From a bacterium (lineage in GTDB: Bacteria > RBG-13-61-14 > DATKZS01), in NCBI GenBank assembly GCA_035527835.1, contig DATKZS010000109.1, positions 819-64,818 of the forward strand: DNA of 64,000 bases, written 5' to 3'. Below, in pieces: positions 56,677-64,000 of this stretch. The notes beneath the pieces are model-generated. The model was not told the origin of the DNA and ran no database searches. It saw only the letters and a list, made by a program, of their open reading frames with translations. Numbering within the stretch: the stretch's first letter is position 1; each line of letters opens with the position of its first letter. A program made the position numbers and the translations under genes.

Positions 56677-58296
56677 ATGACGCCCGTTCAGCGGACCGAT
56701 ACCAAGAGAGATCGCGTGACGGACCAACGGGACAATTTAACGCACGAGCTTGCCGCCGCGGTGGGGGCGGAGCACGTGTCGGCGCGCCACGTGGACCGCG
56801 CCATCTACAGCCGGGACGTATGGCCGCGCAACACCATCCGGCTGCAGTCGGACGAGCTGCCCGACCTTCCCGAGGCCGTGGTGTGGCCGGGCTCGGTGGA
56901 AGAGGTGCGGGCGGTGGTGCGCATCGCGGGGCGGGCCCTGGTCCCGATCATCCCCATGGGCGCGGGCTCCGGCGTGTGCGGGGGCACGGTGGCCCTCGGC
57001 GGCCGCGGCATCGTGCTCGATTTGAAGCGCATGAACCGGGTGCTGGCGATTGACGACGAGTCGCTCACGGTCACGGCCGAGGCCGGCATCATCGGCGAGA
57101 TCCTGGAGCGGCGGCTCAACCGGAAGGGCTATACGATGGGGCACTTCCCGTCGTCCATCTACTGCTCGTCCTTCGGCGGCTGGCTCTCGACCCGGGCCGC
57201 GGGCCAGCTATCCGCCAAGTACGGCAAGATCGAGGACATGGTGGTGTCGCTGCAGGTGGTGCTCCCGAGCGGGGAGGTGCTCGAGACCCGGAGAGCGCCG
57301 CAGAGCGCGACCGGTCCGGACTGGAACCATGCGTTCATGGGCGCGGAGGGGACGCTGGGGATCATCACCGCGGCGACGTGCCGGGTCTGGCCGTACCCGG
57401 CGTCGCGCCGCTTCCAGGCGTATTCGTTCGCGACGGTGGAGGACGGTCTGGAGGCGATCCGGGAGATGATGCAGGCGGAGCTTCGTCCGGCGTGCGTCCG
57501 GCTCTACGATCCCGTGGACACGTTCTTCTCCAAGACGAGCAAGATCGTGCCGGCCGAGGAGCAGATTGAGGATCATCAACGCCGCGCGCCGAAACAATTA
57601 AAGGACCGGGGGACCTGGCCGCGCCGGGTTCTGCCCTTGTTGTTCCATCCCGGGCTGATGAACCCGCTGCTCAATCGCCTGGACCGGTCCAAGCTGGTGC
57701 TGACGTTCGAGGGCGACCCGGAGATCACGGCGCTGGAGCAGAGCCTGGCCAAGGGGATCTGCGCCCGGTGCGGCGGCCGGGACCTGGGCCCCGGCCCGGC
57801 GCGGCACTGGTGGGAGAAGCGCTACAAGGTGAGCTACACCATGCAGGTCATGTTTGATCTTGGCTTCTTCGTGGACACCATCGAGGTGGCCACGGTCTGG
57901 GACCGGCTCGACGAGCTGTACTACGGCATGCGCAACGCCATCGGGCGGCACGCCTTCGTGATGGCTCACTTCAGCCATTCCTACCCGCAGGGCTGCTCGA
58001 TTTACTTTTCCATCGCGGCCACGGCGCGGTCGCAGGCGGCGAAGCTCGCGGTGTATGACGGGGTGTGGAAGGACGCGCTCGACGAATGCGTCCGGCGGGG
58101 CGGGAGCATCAGCCATCACCACGGGGTCGGCGTGCTCAAGGCCAAGTGGCTGGAAGAGGAGGAGGGCGGGGCGTTGCCGCTGCTCAAGGCCCTGAAGAGC
58201 GCGGTGGACCCGGAGGGGATCATGAACCCGGGCAAGCTGGGGCTCGGCGGAAACAACGGGAACCGGAAGCAATCGGATGAATCAAAGAAGTTATAG
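56677..58296 (+). CDS. FAD-linked oxidase (AGPS/GlcD/D-lactate dehydrogenase superfamily)
   Basis: A PCMH-type FAD-binding domain is followed by HFSHSYPQGCSIYFS and SISHHHGVG in the C-terminal half. Confidence 0.7.
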   Translation: MTPVQRTDTKRDRVTDQRDNLTHELAAAVGAEHVSARHVDRAIYSRDVWPRNTIRLQSDELPDLPEAVVWPGSVEEVRAVVRIAGRALVPIIPMGAGSGVCGGTVALGGRGIVLDLKRMNRVLAIDDESLTVTAEAGIIGEILERRLNRKGYTMGHFPSSIYCSSFGGWLSTRAAGQLSAKYGKIEDMVVSLQVVLPSGEVLETRRAPQSATGPDWNHAFMGAEGTLGIITAATCRVWPYPASRRFQAYSFATVEDGLEAIREMMQAELRPACVRLYDPVDTFFSKTSKIVPAEEQIEDHQRRAPKQLKDRGTWPRRVLPLLFHPGLMNPLLNRLDRSKLVLTFEGDPEITALEQSLAKGICARCGGRDLGPGPARHWWEKRYKVSYTMQVMFDLGFFVDTIEVATVWDRLDELYYGMRNAIGRHAFVMAHFSHSYPQGCSIYFSIAATARSQAAKLAVYDGVWKDALDECVRRGGSISHHHGVGVLKAKWLEEEEGGALPLLKALKSAVDPEGIMNPGKLGLGGNNGNRKQSDESKKL

Positions 58297-58368
58297 GGGG
58301 AAGGTGCGCCTTCGCGCCGCTTGCCCGGATAATGGAATTATTAATCAGAACAAAGATACCAGCGCCGC

Positions 58369-59844
58369 ATGAAGCAGGAACCAGACATCAATAAGCTGAA
58401 GTTTCCGGAACCGGACCCGGACCTGCTCACGGCCCTGGCCGGGATCGTGGGCGAGAGGCACGTGTCGGGCCGGGCGCTCGACCGCCTGGCCGTGAGCCGC
58501 GACTCGTGGCCCCAGGGATATTTCTGGATGCGGGAGGGGAGAGCGCCGCTGCTGCCCGCGGCCGTGGCCTGGCCGGGGAGCGAGGACGAGGTCGCGGAGC
58601 TGATCATGTGGTGCGCGATGAACCGGGTGCCGCTGACGCCGGCGGCGGGCGGGTCGGGCGTGTGCGGGGCCTCCATCCCGGCGCGCGGCGGGATCGTGAT
58701 GGACTTAAAGCGCATGAACCGGCCGCTGGAGCTGAACGAGATCAATCACACGGCGGAGGCCCAGGCCGGGATCATGGGCGAGACTTGGGAGCGGTGGCTC
58801 AACCGGCGCGGCTTTTCGCTGGGCCATTTCCCGTCGTCCATGTACTGCTCGACGCTGGGCGGGTGGCTGGCGTCCCGGAGCGCGGGCCAGCTCTCGTCGA
58901 AGTACGGGAAGATCGAGGACATGGCCTTGAGCCTGTCCGGGGTCCTGGCCGACGGGAGCAAGTTCACGTCGTCCGACTCGCCGAAGAGCGCGGCCGGGCC
59001 GGACCTGGACCAGCTCATCATCGGGAGCGAGGGCACGCTGGCGGTGATCACGAGCGCGGTGATGGCGGTGCACCGGCTGCCGGAGCGCTCCGCGTTCCGC
59101 GGGTTCATGTTCGAGGATCTGGAGAGCGGGGTCCGGGCCATGCGCCTCGTCATGCGGGCGGGGCTTGACCCGGCCGTGATGCGCCTCTACGATGAGCTGG
59201 ACACCAGGTTCCACGCGAAGAGCCTCGGGGCGGAGGGGCCCGGCTGCCTCCTGGTGGCGGGGTTCGAGGGCCCGGACCACGAGCTTACCCGGGCCAAGGC
59301 CGCGAAGGGCTTTTCCATCCTGGCCGAGGCGGGCCGCGACCTGGGCCCGGGACCCGGCGAGGCGTGGCTTGGGCGGCGCTACTCGGTGAGCTACAATCAG
59401 AGCACGGTGCTCTCGCTCGGGCACACCATCCTCGACACCTGCGAGGTCGCGGCGGTGTGGTCCAAGATTCCCGGGCTCTACCATGCCGTGCGCGGCGCCA
59501 TCGCGCCGCACGCGCTGGTGACCGCGCACATCTCGCACGTCTACTCCGTGGGCGCGGCCATTTATTTCACGTTTGTCGCGGGCTCGGAAGAGCCGCCGGC
59601 GGCCGAGGCCTATAAGGCGGCCTGGAGAGCGGCCATGGAAGCATGTCTTCAGGCGGGCGGGACCATCAGCCACCACCACGGCATCGGCGCGCACAAGGCC
59701 CGCTGGATGCGCGCGGAGCTGGGCCCGGCCCTCGACATCTTTAATGATTTGAAGCTCAGGCTTGATCCGGGCACAATATTAAACCCGGCCAAGATGGGCA
59801 TCGGCGATACTGAAACGGAGGACCGAGATGATCAATTTCTTTAA
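58369..59844 (+). CDS. FAD-linked oxidase (AGPS/GlcD superfamily), paralog of the preceding gene
   Basis: The architecture matches the preceding gene, with motifs AHISHVYSVGAAIYFTF and TISHHHGIG. Confidence 0.7.
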   Translation: MKQEPDINKLKFPEPDPDLLTALAGIVGERHVSGRALDRLAVSRDSWPQGYFWMREGRAPLLPAAVAWPGSEDEVAELIMWCAMNRVPLTPAAGGSGVCGASIPARGGIVMDLKRMNRPLELNEINHTAEAQAGIMGETWERWLNRRGFSLGHFPSSMYCSTLGGWLASRSAGQLSSKYGKIEDMALSLSGVLADGSKFTSSDSPKSAAGPDLDQLIIGSEGTLAVITSAVMAVHRLPERSAFRGFMFEDLESGVRAMRLVMRAGLDPAVMRLYDELDTRFHAKSLGAEGPGCLLVAGFEGPDHELTRAKAAKGFSILAEAGRDLGPGPGEAWLGRRYSVSYNQSTVLSLGHTILDTCEVAAVWSKIPGLYHAVRGAIAPHALVTAHISHVYSVGAAIYFTFVAGSEEPPAAEAYKAAWRAAMEACLQAGGTISHHHGIGAHKARWMRAELGPALDIFNDLKLRLDPGTILNPAKMGIGDTETEDRDDQFL

Positions 59845-62359
59845 AAGCGGCGGCAAGTGGAGACCGGCCCGGATCGCGGGCGTCTTGATTCTTCTCATCT
59901 GCCTGGCGGGCAGTTGCACCGGCCAGGGCTGCAAGGGCTGCACCGCCTGCGAGAGCTGCTCCTCATGCAAGCCTCCCGCCGGCGGACCCGGAGGCGTGAC
60001 CCAGCCCGGCGTGCTACCCGGCGGCACCAGCCAACCCGGCGCCCAGAAACCGGCCTTTGACTGGACCAAGGAGACACGGCCGTCGCCCTACCGGCCCGTG
60101 ACCGTCCTTTCCTCCGACACCGCGCGATACGTCCCCACCGCGGAGCAGCAGGAAGCCGCCAAGAAGTTGCTGCGGGAGATCGAGGCCAAGGGCCAGGGCG
60201 AGAACCCGCCCGCCGCTCCCCTGAACCTCAATGCCCAAGACGTCAAGGGAGTCAGCGTATCTCTGACCTGGACCGACGCCTCCAATAACGAGCAGGAGTT
60301 CCAGGTGGACCGCTCGGAGGGCGGCGGTCCGTTCGTGGCGGTTTTCCGGCTGCCGGCCAATTCGGCTTCGGTCATGGACGGGCCGCTCGCGAAGGGGACT
60401 TACTCCTACCGGGTGCGGGCCGCCAACGATACCGGGGCCTCCGCGTTCGCGGGTCCGGCCGCGGTGACGCTCGCGGGAGCGGACAGCGCGCCGGCCGCTC
60501 CGGTGGCGCTGACCGCGGATGCCGACGCCACGCCCCAGGTCATGCTGCTGTGGGAAGACCAGTCGGACAACGAGGAGTACTTCAAGGTAGAGCGCTCGGA
60601 GGGACGGGGCCCATTCGCAGCCATCGCCACCCTCGGGGTGAACGCCAACTCTTACAACGACCCCATGGTCCAGGACAAGATGACGTACACCTACCGCGTG
60701 ATCGCCGGGAACAAGGCCGGCGAGTCCGCCCCCACCAATACCGCGAGCGTCAAGATCAAGGTGGCGGACAAGCCGCCGGCGGCGCCCACCAACCTCCAGG
60801 CCGTCACCGGGACTGACGGCGGTGTGACCCTGCAATGGGACGACAACTCCGACAACGAGGACCGGTTCGTGGTCGAGCAGAGCACGGCCGACGTCCCCAA
60901 GTTCCGCCGCTTCGCGGAGACCGACCAGGACCAGCCGGCGTTCTCCCTGCAAACGGCCGAGCCCGGAGAAGCCTGGAACTACCAGATCCGCGCCGAGAAC
61001 GCCGCCGGAACCTCCGACCCTTCCAACGTGGTCACGGTTACCGGCAAGGACAAGCCGGTCACCGCCTTTACCATCACGGTTGACCCCTCCGGCAACGTCG
61101 CGGTCACCCCCCCGTCGAACCCGTCGCTGCCGAGCCTCGTGGTGCAAAGCTCGGCGCGGGAGGGCGCCGACATCGTGGCCGAGATCGCGGTCCGCAACAG
61201 CGACCCGGAGAACAAGCTCGAAGAAGTTTATGTCCTGGTCGAGGACAGCGACCAGAGCGGCGTCATGCTGCAGGGTTGCGACCGCGGGCCCGGGAGCTGC
61301 GCGCTGGATGAGGGGATAGCCTCGGGCTCGCCGGTGGGCTATCAATACGTGGAGGGCGGCTACGACCGGCAGGTGCTGCACGGTGGCGAGATGGAGCATT
61401 ATCCTTCCCAGCAGGGTTTAAGCTATGCGGTGCGCAACATCTGGCCGGCCTGCGGGTCGGTGGCCGTGAAGTGGACCTTCAGCGGGGTAACCGCCACCAC
61501 CCAGCTCGGGGTCAATCTCTACGGCAACGTCGCGCCGGGGGACTTACGCCGGGGGGATGCGCGCTTTGACCGCAACAAGTTGCTCTTCATGATCGAGCCG
61601 TTCGCCCCGGGCCCCGCGACCGAGCTTTACAAGCCCGGGGCCCTGCCCAACCCTACCTCGCGGCACATCAATTTCCTCAAGCCCGGAGACGTGGTGGCGG
61701 TCAACGTGTCGGTCGAGGCCGCGGACTGGATGGAGAACCAGCCGGAGATCGGACGGCTCGCGGATGAGCCGAACGCCGACTACATCTACTGGCACGACCT
61801 AGGCTTCGGCATCACCTTTGATCCCGCCGTGATCCAGCCCATCTCCAAGAGCGTGGTCATGCCCGACGGCTCCGTCCTGTACAAGGGCATCCAGGACCCC
61901 ATGACCGCCGCCCATATCTTCGACGACGGCTGGAACGCGGAGAACGGCCAGTGGTGCTTCTCTTACATGGTGCCCAACGAAGGCGTGGTCGTGGCCAATT
62001 TCTCTTATGCGAGCTTCGAGATCGGCCAGAACGCGCAGGGCCAGGAAACCTGCGTGCATTGCGGACAGGAAGGGTTCGTGGACGCCAATGGAGTCATCAC
62101 CGGGCCGGACCCGGAACCGGAGGCCACGCTCGGGCTCATTTATTTCCAGGTGGTCGGCCCGCCCGGCTCCGGCACGCCGCTCCGCCTCTTCCCCAGGCCC
62201 ATGACCTTCGCGATACCCTACAGCACCAAGGGCACCATCCGCGACTGGCACGACGACCAGGCCCGGGACTGGTCATTGGAAATAAGCACCCAGCTCCCCA
62301 TGACCGGCTTCTGGCCCGGCGAATACCAGGCCAATGAGTCGTTTATATGCGTGCAATAA
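59828..62359 (+). CDS. secreted/lipoprotein with Cys-rich N-terminal segment, four FN3-like repeats and a C-terminal domain of unknown function of about 420 aa
   Basis: A signal peptide with a lipobox-like LAGSC is followed by CxxxGCxGCxxCxxCxxC. Four roughly 95-aa repeats each carry W.D.S.NE..F.V.RS and Y.YRV motifs. The start overlaps the upstream gene's stop by 17 nt. Confidence 0.65.
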   Translation: MINFFKSGGKWRPARIAGVLILLICLAGSCTGQGCKGCTACESCSSCKPPAGGPGGVTQPGVLPGGTSQPGAQKPAFDWTKETRPSPYRPVTVLSSDTARYVPTAEQQEAAKKLLREIEAKGQGENPPAAPLNLNAQDVKGVSVSLTWTDASNNEQEFQVDRSEGGGPFVAVFRLPANSASVMDGPLAKGTYSYRVRAANDTGASAFAGPAAVTLAGADSAPAAPVALTADADATPQVMLLWEDQSDNEEYFKVERSEGRGPFAAIATLGVNANSYNDPMVQDKMTYTYRVIAGNKAGESAPTNTASVKIKVADKPPAAPTNLQAVTGTDGGVTLQWDDNSDNEDRFVVEQSTADVPKFRRFAETDQDQPAFSLQTAEPGEAWNYQIRAENAAGTSDPSNVVTVTGKDKPVTAFTITVDPSGNVAVTPPSNPSLPSLVVQSSAREGADIVAEIAVRNSDPENKLEEVYVLVEDSDQSGVMLQGCDRGPGSCALDEGIASGSPVGYQYVEGGYDRQVLHGGEMEHYPSQQGLSYAVRNIWPACGSVAVKWTFSGVTATTQLGVNLYGNVAPGDLRRGDARFDRNKLLFMIEPFAPGPATELYKPGALPNPTSRHINFLKPGDVVAVNVSVEAADWMENQPEIGRLADEPNADYIYWHDLGFGITFDPAVIQPISKSVVMPDGSVLYKGIQDPMTAAHIFDDGWNAENGQWCFSYMVPNEGVVVANFSYASFEIGQNAQGQETCVHCGQEGFVDANGVITGPDPEPEATLGLIYFQVVGPPGSGTPLRLFPRPMTFAIPYSTKGTIRDWHDDQARDWSLEISTQLPMTGFWPGEYQANESFICVQ

Positions 62360-62378
62360 AAGATTGTAGTGGAGTCGC

Positions 62379-63497
62379 TTGATGGCCGACTGGCGCACGG
62401 GCTTCAGGAAGCAGATCGAGTACTGCGCCTATTGCCCCAAGCTCTGCCGCTTCGCCTGCCCGGTGGCGCAGGCCGAATGCTCGGAGACCGTCACCCCCAC
62501 CGCCAAGCAGACCATCCTCAAGCTGGTGCGCGACGGCGCGCTGCCCTTTGACCGGGAAGTGGGCGAGCTGGTCTACATGTGCTGCGGCTGCCTCATCACC
62601 CGGCCCTACTGCGAGCACGAGATCGAGGTCTACCCCTGCTTCGAGGCCGCGCGGGCGGAGGCGGTCGAGCGCGGCGTGGCCCCCGAAGCCGCCATGACGT
62701 TCGAGAAAAAATGGGCCCAGCGCGGCAACCCCTTCAACGCCGACCTCGCCGCCGTCCTCGCCCGCCATGTTTCGGAGAAGCATCACGCCAACGGACGGAC
62801 CGTCCTCTTCACCGGATGCTCCACCACCCATCATTTCCCGGACCAGGTAGCGGACATCGCCGCGGTCATGGAGGCCATCGGCCGGGAGTTCAGCGTCTTC
62901 ACCGGCGACTCGATCTGCTGCGGGTATCCGCTGCTCACCCTGGGCCATAAGGAGGCTTTTGAGCGGCAGGCCCGGAAGGTCGCCGCCGGCCTCCGCGGCG
63001 CCGAGTTGGTGCTCTCGCCCTGCCCCACCTGCGCGCACATGCTCAAGACACGCTACCGCGAGCTGGGCTTTGCCCTGGACGCACGGGTGATGCACGTTAC
63101 CGAGTTCGTGGCCGAGAACCTCGCCAGGCTGACGGTGCGGAAGCCGGAGCCGCGACCCACCATCTATCATGACCCGTGCCACCTGGGCCGATACCTCGGG
63201 GTCTATGACGAGCCGCGCCGGATCCTGGAGGCCGCGCTGGGCAAGGCGCCGCTCGAGTTCTTCGAGGCCCGCGAGCGCGGGACCTGCTGCGGCGGCGGCG
63301 GCGGGCTGCCCGTGGTCAAGCCCGAGACCGCGCGCAAGATCGCCCATGACAAGGCCGCCACCATCCCCGAGTACGGCGCCCTGCTCCTCGCCACCGCCTG
63401 CCCCATGTGCCGCCGGATGCTGGGAATGGCCGGCCGCGAGACCAACATCCCGGCCGACGACGTCATCTCCATCCTCCGCCGCTCCCTGGAAACGTGA
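62379..63497 (+). CDS. (Fe-S)-binding protein, GlcF/heterodisulfide-reductase-like with CCG domains
   Basis: An N-terminal ferredoxin-like segment CAYCPKLCRFACP is followed by two CCG-type Cys clusters (CCGCL..., CCGYPLL, TCCGGGGG). Confidence 0.7.
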   Translation: MMADWRTGFRKQIEYCAYCPKLCRFACPVAQAECSETVTPTAKQTILKLVRDGALPFDREVGELVYMCCGCLITRPYCEHEIEVYPCFEAARAEAVERGVAPEAAMTFEKKWAQRGNPFNADLAAVLARHVSEKHHANGRTVLFTGCSTTHHFPDQVADIAAVMEAIGREFSVFTGDSICCGYPLLTLGHKEAFERQARKVAAGLRGAELVLSPCPTCAHMLKTRYRELGFALDARVMHVTEFVAENLARLTVRKPEPRPTIYHDPCHLGRYLGVYDEPRRILEAALGKAPLEFFEARERGTCCGGGGGLPVVKPETARKIAHDKAATIPEYGALLLATACPMCRRMLGMAGRETNIPADDVISILRRSLET

Positions 63498-64000
63498 TGC
63501 GCGCGAAAAACGCCGGCCGCCCCGTCATTTACTCCGGAGTCATTCTTGCCGTTTTTTTCTGGGCCGCCTTCCCGCTGATGATCACGGCCCCGCCCGCCAG
63601 TGGAGGCGATGACCCGGCCGCGCCGAAGGCCGCGGCCCATGCCTCCGGCAAGCTCACGCCCCCGGCCCGGCCCTTGCGCGCGGTGCAGGTGATGGAATTC
63701 GAGTGCGCGACCTGGGACGAAGTGGACAAACGGCTGGACGAGTTCAAGGCCGCCGGCGTCCAGGCCGTCATCCTCAGAGTGTTCCACAATCAGGACGACG
63801 GCTATTACCGGATGATCAATCCGGCCGCGCCGGCCGGGGTCTATTTTCAGACCTCGGCCGCGCCGGTGGTCGCTGACGTGCTCGGCCCGGTCATCCAAAT
63901 GGCCCACAAAAAAGGATTATGGGTCATCGCCTGGATGACCACGCGTTATGCTGATTACGGCCATGAGCGGGAAAGCGCGCTCCCGTGCATGGCCTGGGAC
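63497..64000 (+). CDS. partial (5') gene for a secreted protein, possibly GH-like TIM-barrel (GHL10-type); continues beyond the window
   Basis: The ATG overlaps the upstream stop (TGATG). The open frame runs to the window end. A signal/TM segment is followed by VQAVILRVFHNQDDG. Confidence 0.4.
   Translation, partial: MRAKNAGRPVIYSGVILAVFFWAAFPLMITAPPASGGDDPAAPKAAAHASGKLTPPARPLRAVQVMEFECATWDEVDKRLDEFKAAGVQAVILRVFHNQDDGYYRMINPAAPAGVYFQTSAAPVVADVLGPVIQMAHKKGLWVIAWMTTRYADYGHERESALPCMAWD

Overview
This is a high-GC (about 65-70%) bacterial chromosomal segment carrying LpxD (Gram-negative-type envelope), with three sharply lower-GC islands inserted at 1-1560, 16143-17231 and 41354-42817. I support about 55 protein genes, two tRNAs, several terminators and promoters, and several dispersed repeat families.

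Coding content, in order:
- DnaJ/TPR protein, PHP phosphoesterase, and an MmeI-family type IIL restriction-modification enzyme.
- Two two-component systems (a sensor histidine kinase with a free-standing receiver, and a hybrid kinase), an MBL-fold hydrolase, and an ankyrin-repeat protein.
- LpxD, a cNMP-binding protein, tRNA-Val, and a DUF58 protein.
- A cofactor-independent phosphoglycerate mutase that is circularly permuted relative to canonical GpmI.
- A lipid and acyl-CoA block: family III CoA-transferase, MaoC dehydratase, LipA, two radical-SAM proteins (one B12-binding), acyl-CoA dehydrogenase, EtfAB, and a histidine phosphatase.
- An ECF sigma factor and a DnaQ-like exonuclease.
- A GH92 mannosidase with an extra C-terminal domain.
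- A 308-aa acidic protein translationally coupled to a PIN toxin (AT-rich island).
- An FAD oxidoreductase, a DUF457 hydrolase, a CPBP protease, an SRPBCC protein, tRNA-Gly and HflX.
- Three tandem GT-C glycosyltransferases fused to TPR repeats, plus a GT2 polyprenyl-phosphate sugar synthase.
- A diadenylate-cyclase domain protein with a histone-H1-like tail.
- Two AGPS/GlcD-like FAD oxidases, an FN3-repeat lipoprotein, and a GlcF-like Fe-S protein.

The most unusual observations are:
1. The permuted phosphoglycerate mutase, whose last residues are encoded by a heptanucleotide-repeat tract.
2. A genome-wide style of intergenic heptanucleotide tandem repeats (STRR-like), often as inverted pairs.
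3. Two other dispersed hairpin repeat families.
4. The low-GC islands: an NDT-like gene with a 378-aa unknown gene, the ankyrin gene beside an aldo/keto reductase remnant, and the large partner fused to a PIN toxin module.
5. A 1.3-kb repeat-rich non-coding block at 1560-2888.

Many long antisense ORFs in the six-frame track are artefacts of the high GC content and were rejected.
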